From: Chloroflexota bacterium
GTDB lineage: Bacteria; Chloroflexota; UBA11872; VXOZ01
Length of the DNA stretch: 64,000 nt
Direction of reading: 5' to 3'
Assembly: GCA_964291655.2 (NCBI GenBank)
Contig: OZ219802.1
Location: 1,152,001 to 1,216,000 of the forward strand
A program made the translations under genes and the position numbers. Each line of letters starts with the position of its first letter. The stretch's first letter is position 1. The notes under the pieces are model-generated. The model worked only from the letters and a program-made list of their open reading frames with translations, did no database searches and was not told the DNA's origin. Below, piece after piece: positions 41,067 through 51,252 of this stretch.

Positions 41067-42577
41067 GAGCCGCCTCCTTGTTGCACTGCTCGGCGGAGTT
41101 CTTCGATTGTTTGACACCCATCCACCAATTCTTGCTGTCTCTCCACTGTGGCCCCCCACAGTTCATTCAGAGATAGAGTGAAGGACGCCCCGTTGTGCCC
41201 AAATGTGACGGATCCCCACTCCATTTCCGTAATGTACGGCGCGAACTTGGCGAGGCAAGCTGCGCGCACCGTGGCACGCGTGCCTGCGGGCGCTGTATTC
41301 TCCGCGCGGTCGATATCCGCATCCGTCACAATGCGCTGCATCCGTCCGGCGCGGGTCAGCATGTGGTAGAGGCTCACCGCAGGGTCCACCATATGGTACG
41401 CGAGATCGAGCCGCAGCACCGCCGGGTCATCCCAGTCGACGGCGTCATCACCGCTGACCTGGGCGAAGAGCGCGAGCTTTGCCACCCAGTCCAGACGGTC
41501 GCGCAAGCGCGTGGGGTTCGCATCCAGCAGATCAAGCACGGTTCCCCATTCGTCCAGCACCCAATCGGTCTCGTCGTCGCGATTGTGGTATCGTTGCGCC
41601 GCTTCCCAATAGAGGCGCTGAATGTCAATGGCACGCAGTGTAGAGCCGTCGGCCATTGCAAGAGGCTGCTGCAATTTGAGATCGCGAGAGACCGCTCGCA
41701 GTGCCTGCACAGGGTGTCGGAGTTGCACCCGTGGCGTAAGACCCTCCTCGACCAAATCGAGCATCAAGGCCGTGGCACCGACGCGCAAGGCCGTGGCAAA
41801 CTCGGAGCAATTGGCGTCGCCAATGATAACGTGCAACCGGCGGTACTTCTGAGGATTGGCGTGCGGTTCGTCCCGCGTATTGAAGATCGGGCGTTGTGTG
41901 GTGGTATTTATGCCCACTTCTGTTTCAAAGAAGTCCGCCCGCTGGCTGATTTGAAAACCGCCGGTGCGGCTCGTTGCCGTCTCATACGCCGCTTTCCCCG
42001 CGCCCGCATAGATCTGACGGGTGACGAAAAAGGGGATGCAGGCTGATATCAGATAGTCCAAAGGCACACTACGGCTTACAAGATAATTTTCGTGGCAGCC
42101 GTAACTCCTACCGTGATAGTCTGAGTTATTCTTGACGAGGCGTACGCCATTCTCTTGTCCCACGGCTGTGTTACGCGCTTGTTGGGCACGGAAGACCACA
42201 CGCTCGCCGGCCCTGTCTTGGGCAACAAGATCATGGAGCGAGAGGCACGCATCGGTGCAGTATTCGGGATGATTGTGGTCGTTGTAGAGACGGGCGCCGT
42301 TGGCAAGCACGGTATCGGCGAGGAGGTCCTGCCGGCTGAGATGCCTGCTCTTGGCAGTGTTACCGCGCAGGTCGTGCGGATCTTGGTCGAGGCGTTTAAC
42401 TCGTTTGCCGCGCAGGTCTACGCGCGGGTTTTCCGCCGTGTAGTCCCACCCGCGGAAGCAGTCCGCCAGCGGCGCGCTGCGCACGAGCATGGCCGCCTCG
42501 TAGGCGAAATCCACGGTTTCCGCGGCGTTGGCGCAGAGCATGCCGTACTCGGTCTCGATTCCCACCGGGCGATTCAT
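41063..42577 (-). CDS. dop: Dop-like depupylase/deamidase
   Basis: GIETEYG, Dop-loop WDY segment, LANGARLYNDHNHPEY, KNNSD, SYGCHENY, ISQRADFFE, NTRDEPHA. Confidence 0.87.
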   Translation of the reverse strand: MNRPVGIETEYGMLCANAAETVDFAYEAAMLVRSAPLADCFRGWDYTAENPRVDLRGKRVKRLDQDPHDLRGNTAKSRHLSRQDLLADTVLANGARLYNDHNHPEYCTDACLSLHDLVAQDRAGERVVFRAQQARNTAVGQENGVRLVKNNSDYHGRSYGCHENYLVSRSVPLDYLISACIPFFVTRQIYAGAGKAAYETATSRTGGFQISQRADFFETEVGINTTTQRPIFNTRDEPHANPQKYRRLHVIIGDANCSEFATALRVGATALMLDLVEEGLTPRVQLRHPVQALRAVSRDLKLQQPLAMADGSTLRAIDIQRLYWEAAQRYHNRDDETDWVLDEWGTVLDLLDANPTRLRDRLDWVAKLALFAQVSGDDAVDWDDPAVLRLDLAYHMVDPAVSLYHMLTRAGRMQRIVTDADIDRAENTAPAGTRATVRAACLAKFAPYITEMEWGSVTFGHNGASFTLSLNELWGATVERQQELVDGCQTIEELRRAVQQGGGS

Positions 42578-42726
42578 GGGTCTATCCTGACTTTGCGATT
42601 GTAGAATCTAGTATAGCAAGCCGCAGCGCGATTGGACGCCCCGTCCGCGAGACCGTCGCGTCCGCGGAGTCGCCGCACGTCGAGAGGGATTTGCACAACG
42701 TGCTCAGGATTGAGGCACACAGAAAT

Positions 42727-42977
42727 GTAGCGCGGGGGCTTGTCCCCCGCTGGCCTGGCACTTGGTACCCAAACGGGCTGCTCTTGGCCGGCGGAGTAAC
42801 TCTCGCGCCTCGTCCAGGTTGCATAACTGCACCTACCGGAGATCGCTCCGGCCTTGTAGCGCGGGGGCTTGTCCCCCGCTGGCCTGGCACGTGGTTCCCA
42901 AATGGGCTGCTCTTGGCCGGCGGAGCAACTCGCGCGCCTCGTGCAGGTTGCAAACCTGCACCTACCGGATGTCGCTC
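42727..42977 (+). repeat. GTAG-type composite REP array (129-bp period), inverted relative to 38512..38995
   Basis: REP at 42727 and 42856; 42811-42880 is a near reverse complement of 38515-38585. Confidence 0.85.
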
Positions 42978-42999
42978 TGGGCAGACATGCGCCGCCGGC

Positions 43000-43884
43000 T
43001 TACCGCGGATCCTGCGGGCCGATGTCGCCTTCCGCCAGGATGCCGTAGAGTTCCGGCCGGCGGAAACGGGGATGGAAGACTCCCTGCGAACGGCGCTCGG
43101 CCAGGAGTTGCTTATCGAGGTCGGCAGTGACCATCACTTCGTCATCGGCGTCATCCGGGGAGGCCGCCACCAGTTGTCCCAGCGGGCTATAGACCACGAC
43201 CATGGGATTACTGTAGTGCGCGCTCCCGCCGGTTGGCGGCGGCCCGCAGGCGTTGATAGCAACGAGAAAGACCCCGTTATCGATGGCACGTGCGGGAAAA
43301 GTACGGCCGGCGTAGTCTTTCCAGGCGCGGTTGCGGCTGGCGTGGTCCGGCGGCTCGCCCCACTCGCCGACTGACCAGACGTAGGGAGCGAGGATGACCT
43401 CAGCCCCTTGCAACGCCACCATGCGGCTCGACTCCGGCAGCCAGTTGTCGAAGCAGATGTTCACGCCAACTTTGGCAACACCAATGTCGATTACGGGGGG
43501 AGTGCCGCCGCCGCGCCAGTAACCCACCTCCGCCGGTGGGATGTGTATCTTGCGCGACTTGCCAATGTACCCATCAGGACCCACGATCACGTAGGTGTTA
43601 TACACAATGTCGCAGTCGTTTTCGGCAATGCCGGCGGCGAGCATGACGTTGTGCTCCCGCGCCAGGTCTACGAGCGCCTGCGTGGAAGGTCCCGGCACCG
43701 GTTCGGACGCCTCCCAGATTGCCGGTGTGATGGAATAGCCGCTCAGACCAAGTTCCGGAAAGCAGATGAGTTCGGGATTCTCCGCCTTGGCCCGCACGAC
43801 CCACGCGGCGTGATGGTCCAGGTTCTCCCGCGGCGACGCCGGCTTGCTGCACAGCGACACCGCCGAAACGCGAAAGCTCTGCAT
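43000..43884 (-). CDS. Carbon-nitrogen hydrolase (nitrilase superfamily)
   Basis: E-K-C triad: FPELGLSGY, RKIH, NICFD. Confidence 0.9.
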   Translation of the reverse strand: MQSFRVSAVSLCSKPASPRENLDHHAAWVVRAKAENPELICFPELGLSGYSITPAIWEASEPVPGPSTQALVDLAREHNVMLAAGIAENDCDIVYNTYVIVGPDGYIGKSRKIHIPPAEVGYWRGGGTPPVIDIGVAKVGVNICFDNWLPESSRMVALQGAEVILAPYVWSVGEWGEPPDHASRNRAWKDYAGRTFPARAIDNGVFLVAINACGPPPTGGSAHYSNPMVVVYSPLGQLVAASPDDADDEVMVTADLDKQLLAERRSQGVFHPRFRRPELYGILAEGDIGPQDPR

Positions 43885-44301
43885 TCGTCATTCCTCGCTA
43901 GCCGTCGGGCCCTTTTACTTCATCCGTCTTTCCCAGAGAAAGCGCCGGAACCGCTTCAGCACCTAGCATCGCACACCGTCTCGTTACCTGCAATGAAAGG
44001 CTTTTGAGCTAGGGCACACACGTATTTGCACTGACCGCCCTGTGAGGGACGCAGACAACTGATCAATCCGAAAAAGGTACGACTCAATCTCCCCGTGGTC
44101 TTACCATCTCCCTGCCTCATCTGTGGCAGGGAAACAGAGATCTTCCCAGAGCATGTAGTCTACATGTTAAGGGGATAAGACGAGTAGGCCCTCGGCTACA
44201 GCAACCTCAGTGATGCAAGTTGGCCACTGACAAAGCCGATTGTGCGCAGACGTGATCTGCCTTTGAAAGCGGCAAATACCCGAAAACTAGAACGCTCTCG
44301 T

Positions 44302-47300
44302 TCAATCTGTAGGTATCTCTAGTTGGTCGTATTTGTTCCAGCCCCAGCAGAGGGCCGTGCCGTTCTCTCTCAGTCCGCAAGCATGCATTCTGCCGGTAGT
44401 GATGTCCGTGAAGCGCTCGCCTTCCGGCGGTGAAGCCTTGCCATAGGCGTCGTCACCCCAGCAGACGGCAGTGCCGTCCGTTCGCAGGGCGCAGGTGTGG
44501 TCATAGTTGGAGCTTATCGCCGTATAGCGCTGGCCCGTGGGCGGGGATGCTTCCCCGTACCAATTTTGGCCACCCCAGCATACAGCGGTGCCGTCAGTGC
44601 GTAGAGCACATGCATGAGAACTACCGCTGCTGATCACCCTAAAGCGTTCGCTCTCCGGCGGCGATGTCGCACCACTATAGTCGTCGCCCCAGCAAATGGG
44701 CGTACCGTCTTCTCGCAGTGCGCATGTGAACAAACTGCCGCTGCTTATAGACGTGAAGCGCTCTCTTTGAGGCGCCGATGTTTGAACGTAATCATCCCAG
44801 CCCCAGCAAGCGGCAGAACCATCCTCGCGAAGAGCACAAGTGTGGCCACTGCCAGTGCTGATGGCAGTAAAACGCTCGTTCGCAGGTGGCGTTGCCTGTC
44901 CGCCGCTATTGTTGCCCCAACAGATAGGTGTTCCATCCTCACGCAAGGCACAGATGTGCCCACTAGTGCTAATTGCGGTAAAGCGTTCGTTATCAGGTGG
45001 CGCTAAGCCAATTCGACCCCAGCACACGGGTGTTCCGTCCGTGCGGAGCGCACACGTGTAGCCTGAGGTGCTGCTGATCGCCATGAAGCGAGGCGCAGGT
45101 GTGGGCGTTACCGATGCGGACGTAGAAGGCGAAGGCGTTGGGGGTGGAAGCGGAGCGTGATAGGACTCCGGTGAGGTTTGGCCGTAGTCCTCCCATCCCC
45201 AGCAGACGGCGCTGCCGTCCGCACGCAGGCCGCAGGTGTGGGAACTGCCAGCGCTGATGTCCTTAAACTGCTCATCTGCCGGCGCCGAGGATTGTCTTGA
45301 GTGATCATCTCCCCAACATACGGCCGTGCCATCCGGACGAAGCGCGCACGTGTTGCCCGACCCACTGCTGACAGTTGTAAAGCGCTCACCTTCCGGCGGC
45401 GTTGCAGCGTGAACATATCCCCAGCAGACGGGAGAGCCATCATCCCGCAGCGCGCAGGTGTGGCTAACTCCACTGCTAATCGCCGCGAATTGCTCTCCTT
45501 CCGGGGGAGCTGCCTGTTCCTGGCCGTTCTCTCCCCAGCAGACCGGGGTGCTGTCTGCACGGAGTCCGCAGCCGTGCGAAGCGCCCGTGCTCAAGCTAGT
45601 GAGAGTCTCACCCTCTAGGGGACTCTCATCAATGAACTCCCGGCCCCAACAAACCAGGCTTCCGTCCGTCTTGAGGGCGCACGTGTACGAGCGCCCGTAG
45701 CCGGAGCTGACCGCCGTGAAACGGTATTCCTCTGGCGGCGACCGAGGCGGCGAGGGCTCGCCTCCGCCCGACGGCCAGCAATACACCGTGCCGTCCTTAC
45801 GCAGCCCGCAAGGTTCGGCTCCAACGCTGACGGAACTGAACCGCTCGTTGCGTCCTAAGTAGTAACTGGAATCCCAGGGTCCCCAACAGTAAAGAGAACC
45901 GTCTGTACGGAGACCGCAGGCCTGATTGTAGCCGCTGCTGATGGCGGTAAAGCGCTCTTCCGCAGGCGGAGAGGCGTCTATGCCCCAACAAACCGGCGTG
46001 CCGTCCGCGCGCAGCGCGCAAGTGTGCAAGTCCCCGCTGCTGATAGCCACGAAGCGCTCTTCCTCCGGCGGCCGCGCCTGCCCGAAGTTGTCTCGATGGG
46101 GGCTAGCGTCTGCTTGCACGCGAAACCCCCAGCAAACCGGAAAACCATCTTTGCGCAGCGCGCACGTGTACTTTCCAGCACTACTGATGGCGATGAATCG
46201 TTCGTCCTCAGGAGCATCGGCCCGACCATCGTAGTTTTCACCCCAGCAGACGGGAGATCCGTCTTCACGCAGAGCGCACGTGTGGTATTGACCGCTGCTG
46301 ATAGTAACGAACGCCTCACCGAGGGGTGGAGCAATGGCTCCTGGCAAACCCCAACAAAGAGGCTTGCCACCAGCAAGTAACCCACAAACATGGTTGCCAC
46401 CGCTGCTAATTGCCAGGAAGCGCGCGCCTTTTGGTGGCGATGCCTGTCCTGAATGATTTGATCCCCAGCAGATTGCAGTGCCATCTGCTCGCAATCCGCA
46501 GGAATGGCGCTCACCACTGGTGATGGCAACGAAGCGCTCATTCACTGGAGGCGAAGACTCGCCGTACTTGTCGTCATCGCTCCAGCAGACGGGAGAGCCG
46601 TCCTCACGCAGCGCGCAGGTGTGCTTGTCACCGCTGCTGACGGCGACGAAGCTCTCGCCCGCCGGCGGCGCCGCCTGGCCTTCACGATTCGATCCCCAGC
46701 ATAACGCCGTGCCGTCCGGCCGCAGGGCGCACGTATGTAATCTCCCGCTGCTGATGGCTACTAGGCCTTCCGCGGCGAGCTGCGCAAAGACAGGCGTGGG
46801 GGCCGACCTCGCCACGAGCGGCTGCGCGGGTGGCGGCTTGGAGGCATCCATCGGCAGCGATGCCTTGCCGTAACTATCATCTCCCCAGCAATAGATAGTC
46901 CCGTCCGCGCGCAGGGCACAGAAGTGGTTTCCGCCACTGTCGAGCGCCACGAAACCCTCACCTTCCGGCGCTATCGTTGTACTTTCAAACCTACCGCCCC
47001 AGCAGAGTGCCGTCCCGTCCGCCTGCAAACCGCAGGCGCGGAAAAAGCCGACGATTACTGCCGTAAAGCGTCGGTCTTCAGGAGGCGAAAGATCGGCAAG
47101 CAGGTCACGGCCCCAGCAAACGGCTCCGCCGTTTGCGCGTAAGGCGCACGTGTCATTCGCACCGCTGGCTATGGCAGTGAAGCGCTCCTCTGTCGGGGCC
47201 TCGGTCTGGCCATCTTCGCTATTGCCCCAACATGAGGCGCCACCATCTGTCCGCACCGCACAGAAAAAGTTTCCGCCACTGCTGATGGCAATATAGCGCT

Positions 47301-47871
47301 CGCCCTCCGGCGGCGTTGCCGCCCCGCCACTGTCCAAACCCCAGCAGACGGCGCTGCCGTCTTCACGCAGGGCGCAGGTGTGCAAACTGCCGCTGCTGAT
47401 GGCCGCAAAGCGTTCGTTACTTGGTGGGGGAACCTGCCCAAATCTATCATCGCCCCAACAGACTGCCGTCCCATCCGCTCGCAGGGCACACGTGTGCCCC
47501 CAGCCGCTGCTGATGGCGGTGAAGCGTTCGCCTGTGGGAGCCGATACCTGACCAAAATAGTCCGAGCCCCAGCAAACTGCGCTGCCATCCTCCCGCAGTG
47601 CACAGGTATGATCATAGCCGGTGCTCACCGCAATGAAGCGATGCGGAGGTGTCGGTGTAGCTGTCCCCATAGGGTAAGGACTAGGCGAGGCGACAGGCCC
47701 AGAGAGAAGATCCTGTGCGTCCGCTGGTTGCGGTGCCGCAGGCAAGACCCGCTGATCGCCTGCGCATGCCGCCAGCAGCGCTACTGTCAGCAGGAAGAAC
47801 AAGCCTATTCTTGCCAATAGGCACACAAACTCTTGTACGGGGAGCAGCACGAGGTATGAGAGTGTCGACAT
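44302..47871 (-). CDS. RCC1/BLIP-II-like beta-propeller repeat lipoprotein
   Basis: Lipobox LAAC; 28 repeats of FxAISSGxxHTCALRxDGxxxCWG; true start may be downstream. Confidence 0.88.
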   Translation of the reverse strand: MSTLSYLVLLPVQEFVCLLARIGLFFLLTVALLAACAGDQRVLPAAPQPADAQDLLSGPVASPSPYPMGTATPTPPHRFIAVSTGYDHTCALREDGSAVCWGSDYFGQVSAPTGERFTAISSGWGHTCALRADGTAVCWGDDRFGQVPPPSNERFAAISSGSLHTCALREDGSAVCWGLDSGGAATPPEGERYIAISSGGNFFCAVRTDGGASCWGNSEDGQTEAPTEERFTAIASGANDTCALRANGGAVCWGRDLLADLSPPEDRRFTAVIVGFFRACGLQADGTALCWGGRFESTTIAPEGEGFVALDSGGNHFCALRADGTIYCWGDDSYGKASLPMDASKPPPAQPLVARSAPTPVFAQLAAEGLVAISSGRLHTCALRPDGTALCWGSNREGQAAPPAGESFVAVSSGDKHTCALREDGSPVCWSDDDKYGESSPPVNERFVAITSGERHSCGLRADGTAICWGSNHSGQASPPKGARFLAISSGGNHVCGLLAGGKPLCWGLPGAIAPPLGEAFVTISSGQYHTCALREDGSPVCWGENYDGRADAPEDERFIAISSAGKYTCALRKDGFPVCWGFRVQADASPHRDNFGQARPPEEERFVAISSGDLHTCALRADGTPVCWGIDASPPAEERFTAISSGYNQACGLRTDGSLYCWGPWDSSYYLGRNERFSSVSVGAEPCGLRKDGTVYCWPSGGGEPSPPRSPPEEYRFTAVSSGYGRSYTCALKTDGSLVCWGREFIDESPLEGETLTSLSTGASHGCGLRADSTPVCWGENGQEQAAPPEGEQFAAISSGVSHTCALRDDGSPVCWGYVHAATPPEGERFTTVSSGSGNTCALRPDGTAVCWGDDHSRQSSAPADEQFKDISAGSSHTCGLRADGSAVCWGWEDYGQTSPESYHAPLPPPTPSPSTSASVTPTPAPRFMAISSTSGYTCALRTDGTPVCWGRIGLAPPDNERFTAISTSGHICALREDGTPICWGNNSGGQATPPANERFTAISTGSGHTCALREDGSAACWGWDDYVQTSAPQRERFTSISSGSLFTCALREDGTPICWGDDYSGATSPPESERFRVISSGSSHACALRTDGTAVCWGGQNWYGEASPPTGQRYTAISSNYDHTCALRTDGTAVCWGDDAYGKASPPEGERFTDITTGRMHACGLRENGTALCWGWNKYDQLEIPTD

Positions 47872-48210
47872 GACCTACCTCTGTAGGCAGTTCCTGAACT
47901 CAAGCTTCACAGTACGTTCATATTAGTACAATTGAAGGGTGATTGACAAAGTAATTATTCAGTCGCCCTCAGCATTAATGTTGGCTTAGGACAATGATGA
48001 GGCTCTACAAGAATTCTTGCCCTGTGTTCTCTCCGTCCGATAACTCTCACGCACTCACAGAGTTTGCCACTCTTGCGAGGAGAGCAGCATGCCGTTTGCC
48101 GACGACGCATTGCGCCCATGAGTCCTTCCTCCTACTTGCCGGATTGACGGGAAGGTGCTAAATTACATAACAATATGGGTATCGTACGCATTCTCAGAGA
48201 GGAGCATGCT

Positions 48211-49422
48211 ATGCGACTTCTTGACTGGAAAAGAACCATTCTGCTGGCGGCACTGGCGCTGCTGGCGTCGCTCGCGATTGCCTGCGGCGGGGATGCCGCT
48301 CCTGACGAAGAGAAGGACATGGCGGCGGCGGAATTGCCGCCCTTTAAGATTGGCGTGATGGAGTCGCTCACTGGACCGGGCGAGACCTACGGCAGCGTGG
48401 CTCTGCAAGCCAAGCAGATGGCCGTGGATGAGATTAACGCGTCGGGCGGCATCAATGGCCGCATGCTGGAGCTCATAGTCGAGGACTCCAAGTGCTCCGC
48501 CCAGGACGCCATCACCGCGTATAACAAGCTTACCGACGTGGACGGTGTCAAGATTATTCTGGGCACGTCTTGCAGCGGCGCCATGCTGGGCGCGGCGCCC
48601 TTGGCGGAAGCCGACGGCGTGGTCCTCTTCTCCGGTTTGGCGACGAATCCGGATATTGCCAACGCTGGCGACTATATCTTCCGCACGTCCATGAGTGACG
48701 CCCAGCTTGGGGTAGACGCCGGCAACGTCATGTGGGCGGACGGTGTGCGCAATCTGGCGACCATCTCCGAGACCACCGACTATGCCGAGGGTGTGCGCCG
48801 CACATCGGTTGCACAGTTTGAGAAGCGCGGCGGCACTGTGGTTGCTGAAGAGCGCTATGGTTCGGATACCACCGACTTCAGGACCCAGTTAACGAAGCTG
48901 ATCGGGGAGAGCCCCGATGCCCTGCTCGTGGCCGCTCAGTCCGAATTCACCGGCGGTACCATCATCAAGCAGGTGCGCGAGTTGGGCTTTGAAGGGCAGA
49001 TATATGCCGACATCGTGCCGGTTGGCGCCACGGCTCTGGAAATTGCCGGCGATGCTGCAGCCGGCACCAAGGCCATCTTGGCAGACATTTCTCCTAGCAA
49101 TGCCAAGGGTCAAGAAGTGCTGGCCAATTTCCGGGCGCGTTACGACTACGTCACACTGGCCTGGTACATTGGCTCGGTCTATGATGACGTTTACATCACC
49201 GCCGAGTGCCTCAAGCAGACCAATGACGATCAGGATGCCGATGGCTTCCGCGACTGCCTGTACGCCATCACCTGGACCGGCGCTATCGGCGAGAATTACA
49301 CTTTCGATGAGAACGGCGAGGTCGTCGGACTTTCCAACGTGGTGGTGGAAGTACTGCCCGTAGCCGAGCGGACTGAGGAAAACCAGGGCTACAAGGTGCT
49401 GGGCAGCGCGCCGACGGAGTAA
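48211..49422 (+). CDS. Liv-type ABC transporter substrate-binding lipoprotein
   Basis: Lipobox IAC; EINASGGINGR, GDYIFRT, TDFRTQLTK. Confidence 0.9.
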   Translation: MRLLDWKRTILLAALALLASLAIACGGDAAPDEEKDMAAAELPPFKIGVMESLTGPGETYGSVALQAKQMAVDEINASGGINGRMLELIVEDSKCSAQDAITAYNKLTDVDGVKIILGTSCSGAMLGAAPLAEADGVVLFSGLATNPDIANAGDYIFRTSMSDAQLGVDAGNVMWADGVRNLATISETTDYAEGVRRTSVAQFEKRGGTVVAEERYGSDTTDFRTQLTKLIGESPDALLVAAQSEFTGGTIIKQVRELGFEGQIYADIVPVGATALEIAGDAAAGTKAILADISPSNAKGQEVLANFRARYDYVTLAWYIGSVYDDVYITAECLKQTNDDQDADGFRDCLYAITWTGAIGENYTFDENGEVVGLSNVVVEVLPVAERTEENQGYKVLGSAPTE

Positions 49423-49795
49423 TGCCACTGCACGTTGTGTTTGCGGTGTATTTGCGGTTCGGCCGTGGACTGCGGGTATGAACTTTCCGCACGACCGCTC
49501 ACAATGAAGTGCTTGCCAAACCGTTCCTGCTGCAAGGAGAACTGCGCGAACACCACTCAGCATGAACGGTTTGGCGCTCTCCGCGCCTGCGCAAGACTCT
49601 GCGCAACACCATGTGGACACATGGCGCCATGCGTTCGCAAGAGGATTGCGCAGACCCAGACTCCCTGTAAGTCCTATGCGATTGCGCGCAAACAGTGCTT
49701 ATGTGTTTCTCCGTGCACTTGCCGCATTGACGGCATTGGTGCTAAAGTAACTACCCAATTAGTAAACCTAGACCATTCTCACAAAGATGTGTGCT

Positions 49796-50998
49796 ATGCG
49801 AATCGTATCTTGGCAGCGTTTGATTTGGCTCTCGGCAATTTGGCTGCTCGCTCTGCTTGTCATTGGCTGCGCCGCCGCGGACACGGAACAAGACGCGGGA
49901 GACGATGAGAAAGCGCCCTTTAGGATTGGCGTGATGGAGTCGCTCACGGGCCCTGGCGAGACTTACGGCAATGTTGCGATCCGCGCCAAGCAGATGGCCG
50001 TGGACGAAATCAACGCCGCGGGCGGCGTTGACGGCCGCTTGCTTGAACTCGTGGTGGAAGACTCCCAGTGCAGCGCCAAGGAAGCGGTCGCCGCGTACCG
50101 CAAGCTGACCGACGTCGACGGTGTGAAGATCATCCTTGGCACCTCCTGCAGCGGCGCCATGCTCGGGGTCGCTCCCCTGGCGGAGGCCGATGGGGTCATC
50201 CTGTTTTCCGGGCTGGCGAGCAACCCGGACATCGCCAACGCGGGCGACTACATCTTTCGCACCCAGATTAGCGATGTCGAAGTCGGCATCGGCACCGGGA
50301 ACCTGATGTGGACCGACGGCGTCCGCAAGCTGGCTACCATCACCGAAGCCACCGACTACGCCGAGGGCGTGCGCCGCACCACAGTGGCCCAGTTCACGAA
50401 ACGGGGCGGACAGGTGGTGTCCCAGGAGTCGTACGCGTCCGACGTTACCGACTTTCGGACCCAACTGAGCAAACTGTTCGACGAGCAGCCGGACGCGCTG
50501 CATCTGGCGCCGCAGTCCGAGTTCGCGGCCGGTGTCATCATCAAGCAGGCGCGAGAGTTGGGCTACGCAGGCCCCATCTATGCCGAGACGATTTCCGTGG
50601 GGACGACGGCCCTGGAGATCGCCGGCGACCACGCCACCGGGATGAAAGCAATCACGGCAGACTTGCACCCCGACAACGCCAAAGCCCAAGAGGTCCTTGC
50701 AAACTTCCGGCAACGTTACGACTACGTCACATTGCCGTGGCACCTCGGTTCCGCCTATGACAACGTGTACATCGCCGCCGAATGTCTCAAACGAACCGGC
50801 GATGACCAGGACGCGGATGGCTTCCGCGACTGCATGTACGAATTAACCTGGAGCGGCGCGATCGGCAACGACTACAGCTTCGACGCCGACGGCGAAGTGG
50901 TGGGCCTCTCCAGGCTGGTCGTGGAGGTCCTGCCCGTCGCCGAGAGAACGACGGAAAACCACGGCTACAGGGTGCTGGGCAGCGCGCCGACCGAATAG
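49796..50998 (+). CDS. Liv-type ABC substrate-binding lipoprotein (paralog)
   Basis: Closely similar to 48211..49422; shares upstream TTGACGG...GGTGCTAAA motif. Confidence 0.9.
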   Translation: MRIVSWQRLIWLSAIWLLALLVIGCAAADTEQDAGDDEKAPFRIGVMESLTGPGETYGNVAIRAKQMAVDEINAAGGVDGRLLELVVEDSQCSAKEAVAAYRKLTDVDGVKIILGTSCSGAMLGVAPLAEADGVILFSGLASNPDIANAGDYIFRTQISDVEVGIGTGNLMWTDGVRKLATITEATDYAEGVRRTTVAQFTKRGGQVVSQESYASDVTDFRTQLSKLFDEQPDALHLAPQSEFAAGVIIKQARELGYAGPIYAETISVGTTALEIAGDHATGMKAITADLHPDNAKAQEVLANFRQRYDYVTLPWHLGSAYDNVYIAAECLKRTGDDQDADGFRDCMYELTWSGAIGNDYSFDADGEVVGLSRLVVEVLPVAERTTENHGYRVLGSAPTE

Positions 50999-51252
50999 GA
51001 GAAGCGGCCACAACGTCAACCGTCCATGGGACGAATGCTTGGCCGGAAAACGCAAGTCTGCGGGCAAGCGGCTGCTTACTCACTATTCCACATGGGTCGG
51101 CAAGCGCTGCGGACAAACTGACCATCGCGTTCGACTTCGTCATTGCACGCAAAGCATTCCATCGGCTTGTAATGGAGCCTTCGGTAGAGAGCGGTACGTC
51201 AGGTCCTGCGTGACCACTACACCTACGGAGATTCTGCGGAGAGAGAACGCAC

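Noticed and set aside
43000-43884. Nitrilase-family gene as part of the tagging system
   Set aside because: Same strand but separated by ~420 bp of REP array; no sequence evidence for a link
44302-47871. Diversity-generating retroelement target
   Set aside because: No reverse transcriptase and no template/variable repeat pair differing at adenines seen
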